From: Dehalococcoidia bacterium
Lineage (GTDB): Bacteria; Chloroflexota; Dehalococcoidia; Plut-88900
Length of the DNA stretch: 64,000 bases
NCBI GenBank assembly: GCA_965249275.1
Contig: CBDFLQ010000007.1
Location: forward strand, 896,001-960,000
Direction of reading: 5' to 3'
Made by a program: the position numbers and the translations under genes. The notes below the pieces were generated by a model that was not told the DNA's origin, made no database searches, and worked only from the letters and a program-made list of their open reading frames with translations. This document shows positions 41,359 through 52,949 of the stretch, piece after piece. Positions within the stretch are counted from its first letter, which is position 1. Each line of letters begins with the position of its first letter.

Positions 41359-41387
41359 ATGATAAATAGCTCATATATGACTGTCAA
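41359..41387 (-). promoter_or_regulatory. sigma70 promoter upstream of the glmU leader
   Basis: Minus strand TTGACA-17 nt-TATCAT. Confidence 0.7.
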
Positions 41388-41562
41388 GTTAAGGAGGCCT
41401 ACCCATTAGCGTAGCCTACTGCGTGGTATACTCCGTGCCGATAACTGCCATCGCTATCTCACCTTGTTGAAATACCCTTGTTTTCCCGCCTATTCATACC
41501 CCTGAGACCCTCCGCAGACGGCAAGCCACATCAGCCAAGTTCCCGAACACTGAGGATATAAC

Positions 41563-42969
41563 TTGCTGTTTGCCGGTGGTGAGTCCAACGTCTTTGAGGC
41601 CGTAACTCACCTGGTCTTCCAACTCGGCGTAATCCTGATTATGGCCAAGCTTGGAGGCGAGGTATTCACACGTTTTCTGAAGCTCCCGGCCGTCATCGGG
41701 GAATTGCTGATAGGTGTGGCCATAGGCCCCTACGCCTTGGGCAACTACATAAACCTGGGCAAGATTATTCCCGGCTCGGGTCTTGGAACCCTTTTTCCCA
41801 AGCCTGATATTCCGACCGAGGCCATAAGCCTAGAGCTATTCTCCATATCGGAGATCGCGGTTATTGTCCTTCTCTTTTTCGTTGGGCTGGAAACGAACCT
41901 AGGGCAGTTCATGCGCTACGCGAAGCCGGGCTTGGTCATCGCCCTCGGCGGCGTCATAGTTCCTTTCATCTTGGGTGTTGTCGCGACCATCATGTTCGGC
42001 TATGCAGACGGAATAGGCAGCGCTGAGGCCCTCTTTATGGGCGCCGCCATGACCGCGACCTCTGTAGGCATCACCGCCCGCGTCCTGAGCGAAAGGAAGA
42101 AACTCGCTACGCCGGAGGGGGTCACCATCCTGGCGGCCGCCGTTATCGACGACATCCTCGGCATCCTTATCCTAACCTTGGCCGTGGGAGTAGCCGATAC
42201 AGGTGCAGTCTCCCTCACAGACATACTGATCGTGGGAGGGAAGGCAGCGGGTTTTCTGGTCGTCTGGTTCGGGGGAGGGTTGCTGGTATCCAAGTATTTA
42301 TCGAAGTTCATACTGTCGCTAAAGGTAACAGGAGCGGCGATCGTGATTGCGCTAGGTCTCGCGCTGCTATCCTCTGGACTTGCGGAGAGCTTTGGCCTGG
42401 CGTTTATCATCGGGGCATACGCCACCGGCCTTGCTCTTTCAGGCACCAAGCTTGCTGAGGTGCTCGTACATTCTCCGGAAGGGGCCGAAAGCGGGGAACG
42501 CAGATTGGACCCTCCTTTCGTGGTTTTGCACGATGCCCTAGTACCCATCTTCTTCGTAGTGCAGGGGATGCAGGTGGACGTGACTCTATTCGGAGGGGTA
42601 ATTGTGTTCGGCTTAGTTCTCTCGGCCTTAGCCATCGTCTCCAAAGTATTTGGCACCGGACTTCCGGCCATGGGTCTGGGATTCAATAGGCTGGGCGCCT
42701 CCAGGATAGGGTTTGGGATGCTTCCCAGGGGCGAAGTTGCGCTAATCATTGCCGGCATCGGCCTTAGCAAGGGGGTAATCGGGGGCGAGCTTTTCGGGGT
42801 CACAGTATTCATGACCATAGTGACCACCCTGCTGGCGCCCCTCGCGCTTCAACCGCTCTTCTCGGGCGACAAGGCCGGGATTCGAGCGAGCCTGGAAGGA
42901 CGAATCCTGCCTCATGCTCTCGCCACTCCGTCCGAGCAACAGGCTGAAGAGATTGAAAAAGAGGAGTGA
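41563..42969 (+). CDS. Cation:proton antiporter (CPA2, NapA/GerN-like)
   Basis: LLF.VGLET, TATSVGIT..VL, AAVIDD, PIFF, M.PRGEV. Confidence 0.92.
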   Translation: MLFAGGESNVFEAVTHLVFQLGVILIMAKLGGEVFTRFLKLPAVIGELLIGVAIGPYALGNYINLGKIIPGSGLGTLFPKPDIPTEAISLELFSISEIAVIVLLFFVGLETNLGQFMRYAKPGLVIALGGVIVPFILGVVATIMFGYADGIGSAEALFMGAAMTATSVGITARVLSERKKLATPEGVTILAAAVIDDILGILILTLAVGVADTGAVSLTDILIVGGKAAGFLVVWFGGGLLVSKYLSKFILSLKVTGAAIVIALGLALLSSGLAESFGLAFIIGAYATGLALSGTKLAEVLVHSPEGAESGERRLDPPFVVLHDALVPIFFVVQGMQVDVTLFGGVIVFGLVLSALAIVSKVFGTGLPAMGLGFNRLGASRIGFGMLPRGEVALIIAGIGLSKGVIGGELFGVTVFMTIVTTLLAPLALQPLFSGDKAGIRASLEGRILPHALATPSEQQAEEIEKEE

Positions 42970-43097
42970 GCATCGGGAGTGGGTTCTCCGAAGGCTACGG
43001 CTCCCGAGGCGAAGGGTTGTTAGACCGTCCTGTAGTAGGACATCTATGCCTGTACCATCCTTGCGCCCACCCGTGAGCAGGACTATCCTTTAGGCGC

Positions 43098-43172
43098 GCC
43101 CCCGTAGCTCAGAGGATAGAGCGCCAGCCTCCGGAGCTGGAAGCGTGGGTTCGAGTCCCGCCGGGGGTACCA
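43098..43172 (+). tRNA. tRNA-Arg(CCG)
   Basis: GCCCCCG acceptor stem, CCAGC-CT-CCG-GA-GCTGG anticodon arm, GGTTCGAGTCC, 3' ACCA. Confidence 0.97.
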
Positions 43173-43586
43173 AAACGTACTGTACTAATAACTCGCCCGT
43201 TCAGGGCGACCTCAGCGTTGTCCACGCTCCCAATGAGACTGTCCCGCGACGTGGGCAATGAGTAGAGAATGACGGCCCTTCGAGCCATCGATAAGGGTCA
43301 ACGGCCTGTTTCGCACGCACCTACGACCTGATGGAGGTTCTGCGCCGGGATCGGGCCGAGCACAACTTGGACCGGCACATGCGGATCTACATATATCCCA
43401 AGGTGCTGGTGACGGATAGTTCGACGTTGGGCCTATGGCTCGTCGCGGGCCGCTCCAGACGCAGGATCCAGCTAGGTTAGCGACCGGGCCAGTGGCCCGC
43501 TTACAACCCATCCAACACAGGGGGTCGTCTCCATCCGGGGCGGCCTAGGCAAAACTGTACTACAATTTCCAGTTGAAGAATGCTCT

Positions 43587-45449
43587 ATGACAGTCCCTGA
43601 GGAAATAAATTTGAGCGACCATCAGAACAGCGATATCCGTAATCTGGCCATCATAGCCCATGTCGACCACGGCAAAACTACCCTGGTCGACGCACTGTTA
43701 AAACAAGGCCAGGTCTTCCGCGCCCACCAGCAGGTAGGAACCTTGATCATGGACACCAACGAACTGGAGCGAGAGCGCGGCATCACGATTCTGGCTAAGA
43801 ATGCCTCGGTTTCATACGAGGGCATCAGGATCAACATCATCGACACGCCGGGCCACGCAGACTTCGGCGGCGAGGTGGAGCGTGTCATGAATATGGCCGA
43901 CGGCTGTCTGTTGCTCGTAGACGCCGTGGACGGACCCATGCCCCAGACCACTTACGTGCTTCGCCAAGCCCTTAAGCAAAACGTCACCCCAATGGTGGTT
44001 ATCAACAAAATAGACCGACCCGAGGCCCGGGCAGCCGAGGTGGTAGACATGGTCCAGGACCTGTTTTTGGAGGTGGCAACCAACGCCGAACAGCTGGATT
44101 TCCCCGTTCTCTATGCATCTGCACGGGACGGTTATGCCACAACGAGCCTGAACGAGCCTGGGTTGAACATGCAACCTCTCTTTGAAGCCATCCTCAATTC
44201 TGTGCCCCCGCCGACCGGCGACAGCTGCGCCCCACTGCAAATGCTTGTTGCGGCTCTCGATTACGACAGCTATCTCGGTCAAGTTGCTATCGGACGGATT
44301 ACCAACGGCACACTCAGACTGCGCGATCACGTGGTCCTGTTGGGACGCAACGCCGAGCCCACCTCCCACGTTGTGGAGCGCATATTCGTGTTTCGTGGAA
44401 TGGAGCGGGTTGAAGTTTCCGAATCCCATGCCGGCGACATCGTTGCGGTCACCGGCCCCGAAGGCGTGTCAATAGGCGACACCATCGCCTCTCTGGAACA
44501 CCCGCAGGCTCTACCTACCATAGACATCAACGAACCGACGGTACGCATGACCTTTGGCGTCAGCACCTCACCTTTCATGGGCATAGAGGGAGAACACTGT
44601 ACCTCCCGTCAACTCTACGCTCGGCTGATGAGAGAGCTGCGGACCAACGTAAGCATGCGGGTGGAAACCACCTCCAGCCCCGACGTGTTCGTGATCTCCG
44701 GACGTGGAGAGTTGCACCTGTCCATCCTGGTTGAGACCATGCGGCGTGAGCAGTTCGAATTCCAAGTGTCTCGTCCCGCTCCAGTCACCAAGATCATCGC
44801 TGGCAAGGTGCACGAACCTTGGGAGATTTTGAATATCACCACCCACGAAGAGCACGTGGGCGCACTGACCAAACACATTTCCGCCAACTTGGGCCAGCTC
44901 AGGGACATACGCTACGCCGAGGACGGCTACGTCTACCTCGAATACAAGATCCCCACCCGGGGACTCATCGGATTCAACGCTTTCTTTCTCCGCGCAACGC
45001 GGGGCGACGGGGTGATGAGCAGTATCTTTACCTCGTACGAACCGATGGAAGGGGAAATTCAGACGCAGCGCAGCGGCGTACTTGTCGCATCCGAGGGCGG
45101 CGTCGCCGTCACCTATGGTCTGCTCATCGCCCAGGGAAGGGGCGACACGTTCATCGACCCCGGCACCAAGGTCTACGCCGGCATGATCGTAGGCTCCAAT
45201 TCCCGCGGTGACGACATAGAGATTAACGTCTGCAAGGAGAAGAAGCTGACCAACATGCGTTCTTCAACGGCCGACATAACGAAGCGCCTGAAGGCCACCG
45301 TGAACATGAGTCTTGAGGAAGCGCTGGCGTTCACTGCAGATGACGAGTTCGTGGAGGTCACTCCCAAGAACTTGCGGCTACGCAAGATGGAACTCTCCTC
45401 CGTGGACCGTAAGCGCAAGCGCCGCGACGGAGCCCGGGCTCGAGACTAG
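43587..45449 (+). CDS. typA: Translational GTPase TypA/BipA
   Basis: [59 protein letters not shown]...RLRK. Confidence 0.97.
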   Translation: MTVPEEINLSDHQNSDIRNLAIIAHVDHGKTTLVDALLKQGQVFRAHQQVGTLIMDTNELERERGITILAKNASVSYEGIRINIIDTPGHADFGGEVERVMNMADGCLLLVDAVDGPMPQTTYVLRQALKQNVTPMVVINKIDRPEARAAEVVDMVQDLFLEVATNAEQLDFPVLYASARDGYATTSLNEPGLNMQPLFEAILNSVPPPTGDSCAPLQMLVAALDYDSYLGQVAIGRITNGTLRLRDHVVLLGRNAEPTSHVVERIFVFRGMERVEVSESHAGDIVAVTGPEGVSIGDTIASLEHPQALPTIDINEPTVRMTFGVSTSPFMGIEGEHCTSRQLYARLMRELRTNVSMRVETTSSPDVFVISGRGELHLSILVETMRREQFEFQVSRPAPVTKIIAGKVHEPWEILNITTHEEHVGALTKHISANLGQLRDIRYAEDGYVYLEYKIPTRGLIGFNAFFLRATRGDGVMSSIFTSYEPMEGEIQTQRSGVLVASEGGVAVTYGLLIAQGRGDTFIDPGTKVYAGMIVGSNSRGDDIEINVCKEKKLTNMRSSTADITKRLKATVNMSLEEALAFTADDEFVEVTPKNLRLRKMELSSVDRKRKRRDGARARD

Positions 45450-45654
45450 GCAGGCCCCGAAATGCCGGCGATTTGTGGCGGCGCAAGCCGCCCAGGAACC
45501 GGACACTGAATTTCTGTTACAATATGTCAACGCACGTGACCGGCGCACCCCGTCTTATTCGGAAGTGGGCTATCATCTGCCCCACTGTATTGTTTTCCCC
45601 AACCAGCGTCGGCTCATTATTTCAACCCACCAAGAAGAGGTACTTCATTTCCGC

Positions 45655-47043
45655 ATGCCATCCACATCCATGACTACCCGCGCCCGCAAACCCGACCATA
45701 CGATACGCTACCAAGCAGTTTGCACCGACTGTAACGCATCCACATCCGTCCCCTTCCAGCCTCGGCCCGACAGGCCGGTGTACTGCAATCCTTGCCTCCA
45801 ATTCCGTCGTCGCTCCCCACGGGCCGCGGCCAAGACGCGCGTGAACGAACCAGTGACGGAGTATGAATCCCGCGATGATATCGCTACCGCCGTGGATTCC
45901 GTATTTCCCGGAATGGCCCTGAAGGCCGCTACCAGGCGGGCGATTGCACGGATGGACATATCCGAACCCACGCCCATACAGGAGAAATCGATCCCGCACC
46001 TGCTTGAGGGACGCGACCTGATAGGCCAGGCACGCACCGGGTCCGGCAAGACTCTTGCGTTCGCAGTTCCTATGGTGGAGCAGTGCGACCCATCAGTCCG
46101 GCAGATTCAGGCGCTTGTGCTGGTTCCCACGCGAGAACTGGCGATTCAGGTGGCCGAAGTCACAGCAGCCCTGGCATCGACACAGCGCCTTCGTGTCACG
46201 TTACTGTACGGCGGCCGGTCGATAAGGCCGGAGCACGCAGCGTTGAAGAGCGGCGTCCACATAGTAATTGGCACGCCGGGCCGGACCCTCGACCATCTAC
46301 GCCAAGGCACCCTCGACCTGCGGTCCGTGCGATTCATGGTGTTGGATGAAGCCGACGAGATGCTGGACAGAGGCTTCGCCCGCGATGTCGAGGCAATCCT
46401 TGCAAAGACGCCCTCGGAACGCCAAACCGCGCTCATGTCTGCCACAATGCCAGAGTGGGTTGCCAAGACCGCTGCCAAGCACCTGAAACACCCCGTAACG
46501 GTCGAAGTAGACTCAGACTTGCAATCCCTGCCTACGGTGGACCACCTCGTGTACACCATCCGCAAGAGCGACAAGATCGAGGTTCTCCAAGATCTTCTGA
46601 ACGAGCGGCGCGGGGCCTTGGTCATTGTCTTCGGCAAGACCAAGCACGGCGTCAAGAAGCTGGCGAAACAACTCAACGGCTTGGGTTATCCGGTTGGAGC
46701 GCTGCAAGGCAACCTCAGCCAAAACGCCCGTGAGCGCGTGATGAAGGACTTCCGCTCCGGCGTCTCGCCAATCCTTGTTGCAACGAATGTAGCGGCCAGA
46801 GGGCTGGACGTTGAAGGCATCGAACAGGTTATCAACTATGACCTTCCGGACACAAAGCTGCTCTTCACACACCGGGTCGGCCGAACTGGCCGAATGGGCC
46901 GCTCCGGCGAGGCGGTGACGCTCATCACTTCGGATGAAGAGCGGAAGTGGCGGGAGATTGAGCGGGGCCTGGGTCGCCATTTCAAACGCATGCCCTGGAG
47001 TTTCACCCGTCAGCAAGCGCAGCCTCAAAAGAGCTACGCGTAG
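45655..47043 (+). CDS. DEAD-box RNA helicase with N-terminal CxxC-x17-CxxC zinc ribbon
   Basis: CTDC...VPFQP..DRPVYCNPC, then PTPIQ, GSGKT, PTRELA, DEAD, SAT, HRVGRTGR; start approximate. Confidence 0.93.
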   Translation: MPSTSMTTRARKPDHTIRYQAVCTDCNASTSVPFQPRPDRPVYCNPCLQFRRRSPRAAAKTRVNEPVTEYESRDDIATAVDSVFPGMALKAATRRAIARMDISEPTPIQEKSIPHLLEGRDLIGQARTGSGKTLAFAVPMVEQCDPSVRQIQALVLVPTRELAIQVAEVTAALASTQRLRVTLLYGGRSIRPEHAALKSGVHIVIGTPGRTLDHLRQGTLDLRSVRFMVLDEADEMLDRGFARDVEAILAKTPSERQTALMSATMPEWVAKTAAKHLKHPVTVEVDSDLQSLPTVDHLVYTIRKSDKIEVLQDLLNERRGALVIVFGKTKHGVKKLAKQLNGLGYPVGALQGNLSQNARERVMKDFRSGVSPILVATNVAARGLDVEGIEQVINYDLPDTKLLFTHRVGRTGRMGRSGEAVTLITSDEERKWREIERGLGRHFKRMPWSFTRQQAQPQKSYA

Positions 47044-47079
47044 GGCATCCACACCTCGCCTCAAATCTCTCGGGTTTTT

Positions 47080-48141
47080 CTACCCCCTCTGGTGTCCCAT
47101 ATTCACTGACGGTCTGCAACCGGGATAGAATTGGGCAAAATAGGCGCGATAGGTCATGATTTCGCCGTCTGAATCGCAGAGGATCGGGTTGGATTGGTAC
47201 CGTTTACGGCTCCCGATAACCACATCCTGCATGACATCCTGCCTTTGCTGAGAAGCCATGAACTTGTTCATGATAGGCGCACGCAGCCTCAGTGGGAGAA
47301 ACCTCAGGCCTGCAATCCATCGTCTCGGGTTACGTGTCTCCCGCACCTGCGAGACCAGCGACAATTCGATTAGGTCGCCGTCGACAGGCGCAGCCAGTAC
47401 CCACAGACGCATATCCATGCCGATAGAGCACTCTCGTAACTCTACAAACGAGTAGTCCAACCCAAATACACGGGTGCTTGTGGAGAAGTCAAGTGTGAGG
47501 GTCGCAATTTTGACGATCTTCCGGGTTGTCCTGAAGTCGAAGCGGCTCTCGAGACACGGCCCGTACACCGATATTGGCTCGATGCGTTTCACATTGTCGT
47601 AGCCGTGGACGCGGCGCAGGTGGGCCAAATCCACTGAGTTCTCCGTTGTTTCCTGGGGATGGCCGGGAAAGCGAAATGTCCGGATCTCGAGGTTGCTCCA
47701 GCCGGCTTGGTCCGGCTGATCCGTCGGCAGTCTCCATTGCGGCGCCCGTCCCCGGAATCCCCACCAGGCGAATATCAGGCCGGAAATTTCCTGTGTTTCG
47801 AAGACTCGCAACCTGGCGGACCCCCGGTGGAGGGGCAAAGGGAGCGGCTACGCACTGGCCGGTTGCATCGAACTCAAAGCCGTGGAAGGGACAGACTAGC
47901 CGTCCACCACATATCCGTCCCTTGCGGCAGGTCCCAGGTCAGAACCCAGGTGCGGACAGACGGCCTCGGCGACACAGACTCGCCCATTTTCGTCGCACCA
48001 GACAACGATGTTCTCCCCCATCCAAGTCTTTTGGATGAGCTTGGCCTTCGGTACGTCGAGGCGACTTGCAATGAAGTACCAGCCCTCGGGAAACGGGGGA
48101 GGCAGACGTGCGTTCGCAGGCTCCCTACGCTGGGATGTCAT
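47080..48141 (-). pseudogene. Rieske [2Fe-2S] oxygenase (KshA/sterol desaturase-like), frameshifted
   Basis: P.GWY, CPHLG and CPFHG in different frames; EN.VD.AH...VH iron ligands. Confidence 0.85.
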
Positions 48142-48599
48142 CGTTCGACACTCCTGACACAGAATCTCGGTGCGACGGCTTCCTTGCCGGCCAAGATCCC
48201 CGCCTAGGGTGCGAAAGCCGTTTGTCCATCCCACCCTGGGTACGCATGCGTTGTTTCAGAGATGTGACGATACATCGTTCCGGTCAAGGCGCCTATATCT
48301 TAGCCTTGCCGATGACACCTTCCGGGGTACGTGCGCGGGTCATCTACCTGCGTGACCACGAATGACGTTGTAGCAGAGGACGATCAACCGATCCACACAT
48401 CAAGCAGCTCAACGACCGTTCCTGTCCGTCGGAGCCGCTTCAGCCCGGAGGCGTTTCTTAGCATCCTGCCAATGTGCGCCGCACATCCGCTTCTGATCGG
48501 ACATTTGGCCCTCTCCTTGGTCGGAATGTATGCTGATCTTAGTTGCAGGAATCCTAAGCGGGATTTGGGTATAGAGATTATGCACGGAGACCGAAAGCT

Positions 48600-50452
48600 A
48601 TGACTCTTCCCAAAGAGGATGTGGCCACCCAACCGCTAACCTTGACCCAAGATCTCATCCTGATGCTCCTCAACGAGGAGAGCGGCTATTTTCATCAAGT
48701 ACCCGGCTGGGACTTGAACTGTGCCGTCGTCGGTGCCGTACTCGCAGAGCTTTCACTCAGGTCTCGCATTGACACGGATCAGGAATCACTGTTCCTCGTG
48801 GACCAGACAGAAACGAGCAACTCCGTTCTGCACCTCATCCTGAAGGAAATTGCATCCGAACCAGTGCAAAGGAACGCACAATACTGGATAGAACGGCTCG
48901 CCCCTCGCGCGGAGTTGATCATTGATTTGACGCTGGATCGCCTGGTTGGCCTCAAGGTTCTGGAACACCACGATGGCGAATTCTGGACGCTATCTCGTAC
49001 TGCATGGCAGACGGGAATGTTCAGCGACTCCCCTGAAGGAACTGCGGTACAGTTCGTCAAAACCCGTATCAGCAATGCGATCTTCAACAAGGAGATTCCC
49101 GACCCGAGAGATGCCATTATTATCTGTCTCATTAACACATGCGACGTGTTTCGCTTCATGTTTCAACTTGATGACGAGTCAGAGCAACGTATTCAGTTCG
49201 TCTGTAAGATGGATCTGATAGGTCGTTCCATCGCTGCCGCAGTCTCCCATAATCTCGCCGGGCCGCTGCTTCGACGTTCGGCTCTGACCAAGAAAATTCC
49301 GACTGGTTCCCTCCGCAAGCTGCTGTTAAATCCACACCTTCGCAAAGGCAACATCCCTGCTCTCTTTGCCGACCTTACAGAAGAGTATGGCCCGGTGTTT
49401 CAGATCAGCCCTCCCTTTGCCAAACCCATGATATTCCTGGGCGGCCCGGAGACAAACCAATGGGTGCATCGGCGTGGGCGCATGTACCTGAGGGCCAGGG
49501 ACTATTTTGCCGACTTTGAGAAAGTATATGGCGCAGCGGGAGTATTACCTGCCCTGGATGGCGCAGATCATTTCCGGCTCCGCAAGTCCTTGTCAGCGGC
49601 TTATTCCCGTAAAAGACTAGCGGGGCAGATGGACGCACTCTATGACCATGCGCGGAAATATATGGCGAATTGGAAGGTTGGAGACTCCTATCCTGCGACG
49701 AGCATGAGCCGGCGAATGATAAACGCTCAAATCTCACCCCTCATGGTCGGCGTTGAAACTCAGGACATCATCGACGACCTGTTGAAGTTCAAGGAGTGGG
49801 CGCTCAGCGTTCACATAATGAAAGTGCTGCCAAAGTTCATGCTGAAAAACCCCGGCATGAGGCGCCGTGCCAAAAACATCGCAACGCTGCTTGAACGAAT
49901 CCAGAGCGTACATACTCCCGCCCAGCGAGCGGGAGCACACCGAAACCTGGTGGACGACTATCTAAGCCTGCACGCGAGTGACCCGCAATTCGTACCCGAA
50001 TCGAACCTGAGCTTCGCTTTTACTGCGGCGCTGGAAGCCTGCGCATATACCCCATCGTCCCGATGTCCATGCGGCACGTGATGAATTCGTGTGTGGTCGA
50101 AGACTACGCGTTGCCGGTAGGATCAAAGGTTATCATTGCCCAGACGGCCTCGCATTACATGAAGGATATCTTTCCTGACCCATTCAAATTCGATATTGAC
50201 CGCTATCTGCCTCCGCGTAATGAGCACCGCAGTCCCGGGTACGCGCCGTACGGGCTGGGCACGCACACTCGTCTGGGCTCCCGTTGGATGGAACTGCAGC
50301 TGGCGGTTAATGTGCTGATGGCCGCACATTACTTCAGCCTTAAGGTGTCCCCGGAAAACTACAAGCTCCGGTTCAACCCATTGCCGTCCATGAAGTCGAG
50401 CAAAAAGCTGAAGTTCCTCATCGCTGAGCAAAGGCACCATCTGCACGCCTGA
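48600..50452 (+). pseudogene. GPP34-domain/cytochrome P450 fusion, inactivated
   Basis: N-terminal L..DL.L.LL..E.G...GAVLAEL.L..RI (GPP34-like); P450 body with internal deletion/frameshift near 50035; heme loop YGLGTHTRLG has Arg in place of Cys. Confidence 0.8.
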
Positions 50453-50484
50453 TCCCGGCCGGGTCTTAACGGTTGACGATCTAG

Positions 50485-51680
50485 GAAACCTCTGAACAAG
50501 TCTAAGGGCATAGGTAATAGGTAAGATAAGGAGAGTAAGGCCAAAGCTGAGGTGAGATTTGATGGAGCAGCCGACATTTGCAGACTTGGAATACGAGGGC
50601 AAGAAGCGAAAGACCCGCCGGGAGATATTTCTGGAGCGGATGGAGGACCTGGTTCCATGGGGAAAGTTAGAGGAGCGAATCCGGCCCTACTATTCCAGGG
50701 CGGGCCGTGGACGGAGGCCCTACGAGTTGTCGGTGATGCTGCGGATACACTGCGTGCAGCTGTTCTACAACCTGAGCGATCCGGGCATGGAGGACATGCT
50801 CTACGAGGTGGAGTCGGTGAGGCGGTTCGCAGGTCTGAGGCTGTCCGGCCCCTTGCCTGACGAGACTACGATACTGAACTTCCGCCATCTGCTGGAAGAG
50901 CAGGAGTTGGGTCGGGGGCTGTTCGAGGAGATCAACCGTCATCTGGAGTCTCGGGGACTGAGGCTCAGGGAGGGTACGATTGTGGATGCGAGCATCATCG
51001 AGGCGCCGGCGTCTACGAAGAACCGTGCTGGAGAGCGAGACCCCGATATGCACCAGGTGAAGAAGGGGAAGGAGTGGCACTTCGGTATGAAAGTGCACAT
51101 TGGTGCAGACGCTGACACGGGGGTGGTGCACAGTATGAGTACGACAGCTGCGAACGTGCATGACATGACGGAGGCGCACCGGCTGCTGCATGGAGGGGAG
51201 AGGCGAGTGTGGGGAGATGCGGGATATCAGGGAGTGGAGAAGCGGGCGGAGAATCGGGATATGGATGTGGAGTGGCGGGTGGCGATGAGACCTGGACGGC
51301 GTCGGAAACTGAGGGCGGGGAGCTGCGAGGCCTTGGCGGAGAAGAGCAAATCATCCATCAGGGCTAAGGTGGAGCATCCGTTCCTGTACGTGAAACGGCA
51401 CTTCGGCTACGCCAAGGTCCGCTACAGGGGCTTGTACAAGAACACGCAACGGGTGGCGATGCTGCTGGGGCTGGCCAACTTGGTAAGGGCCGAGCGCCAC
51501 TTAGCGGTGTGACGGAGGAGCAGTGTGGTCAAATCCGGGTCGATGGTGACTGGATGCCCTGACAGGCCAGAACATAGGATGCAAATAAGCCACCGAGACG
51601 CAACATTACGACCCAACCTCTCCCCAAAACTCCATGCAAGACAACCTAAGCTGGTTTACAGTGAGTTGTTCAGAGCTTCC
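50485..51680 (+). mobile_element. IS5-family insertion sequence, copy 2 (1196 bp)
   Basis: Same IRs as copy 1; CTAG duplication at 50481-50484 and 51681-51684. Confidence 0.95.
50559..51512 (+). CDS. IS5-family DDE transposase
   Basis: Identical to 5507-6460 except HDVT to HDMT. Confidence 0.97.
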   Translation: MMEQPTFADLEYEGKKRKTRREIFLERMEDLVPWGKLEERIRPYYSRAGRGRRPYELSVMLRIHCVQLFYNLSDPGMEDMLYEVESVRRFAGLRLSGPLPDETTILNFRHLLEEQELGRGLFEEINRHLESRGLRLREGTIVDASIIEAPASTKNRAGERDPDMHQVKKGKEWHFGMKVHIGADADTGVVHSMSTTAANVHDMTEAHRLLHGGERRVWGDAGYQGVEKRAENRDMDVEWRVAMRPGRRRKLRAGSCEALAEKSKSSIRAKVEHPFLYVKRHFGYAKVRYRGLYKNTQRVAMLLGLANLVRAERHLAV

Positions 51681-51705
51681 CTAGAACACCCCTGCACCCT
51701 TTAGG

Positions 51706-52245
51706 CTACGACGAGTCCTGTTCCTCCCCGTGGCGCCGATGCACGGCGTCGATCGAGACCGGAGTGCCGTCCGTGTCATTGCCAGTCAACGCCGAAAGCA
51801 CCGCCTTGATCTCCGGAGGCCCGGGAGTTGAGTCGATTTTCGCCTGTGTGACTGACTCGAAGGAGTCCACTTGGAGCAGGGCTTTAATGATAGAAGTGGG
51901 CGCGATGACCGGATCTGACCGGACAAGCAGCACTCCAACCTCCGGGTCGCTGACAATGTCATTTATCAGAGCGTCCATCTGGGAAAGCCCTTCGGGAGTG
52001 ATCACCTCCCCGCGGAAGAGCAGTGTTACAACGCTAGTTTCCCCGGAGTCCCCGAATAGGTCATCTATTTCGGCCATCGCCTCGGTGATGGCACTCCCCT
52101 CGGGAAGCGTCGCCGCGGTCTACGGCGGCGGTGCGCGCTGCGTCGCGCCCGCGGCTAGCAGAACGGTGATGATTAGGATAAACAGGACCGTGATGTATGG
52201 ACGGGCGGTGACCAGCCAGCTCATCTTTTCGGGTATATTGCTCAT
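51706..52245 (-). pseudogene. N-terminal remnant of an MMPL/RND-type membrane protein
   Basis: RPYITVLFILIITVLLAAG TM helix, in-frame stop, then LP..S....A...I...FG periplasmic-domain start; truncated near the IS. Confidence 0.6.
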
Positions 52246-52949
52246 TGTGTACCCTTCAATCTTAGGCTGCCCCGGGCGACGGAGCGAGAAGCTCCGTCGG
52301 TATGATTCGTTGCTAGTGCGTCGCTCCGCGTCATCGCCGCTTTCCTTCCTCCAATTGTTCTTGAAGTTGGGCCAACGTACGCATAATAATTTAGCGAGAG
52401 AGTTGTCAGGCTAGATAGTCCTGTTACAGACGGTAGGCTCCGTGCAGGATTGATCGTATGGCCAGTTTTCTTCAGCCTTTTATCCTTCCAGCCCGCTGTA
52501 TTGCCCTTGACTGGCGCCCAGCTGATCGGCCAATCTCAATCCTCTAAGCTAAGCTGCCTTTGTGCACAGCGTAGATAACCTAAGGCGAAGGTCGCGGGAA
52601 TTGAGGGTGGGGATGTGGGGGGCGCTAGCACTGTGACGAAATACGTTTGGGGAGAAGCAGGATGATTTCGGCTTGCTGGCCGTGGGAGCAGCCAGCACAA
52701 CCCTCATGGTTATGCCGTCTGTGGTCATCGTGCATTCCCTAGAATTACTGCACTCCGTGTCCCATTCCAAGCCCACCCAAACATGCCCAGTATAGTTGGT
52801 CGGCAACGAAGACCTGCCCCAGAATGCTGGAGCTTGATGTAGTCGTGGGTCAGTCTACATCGCCAAGAGGATGTGCCGCAAGCTGATGTATTCGTTCGAT
52901 AGATTAGTGACACACTGGCCTTTTCTTCAGTCCTCCAGAGGCGGATCTT

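Noticed and set aside
43140-43172. Second att copy of the tRNA-Arg 3' end
   Set aside because: No convincing duplicate was found in the window, so no island is annotated there.
45313-45654. N-terminal 114 codons of the helicase ORF as called in the track
   Set aside because: Overlaps the typA 3' end and has no helicase-like content; the start was moved to about 45655.
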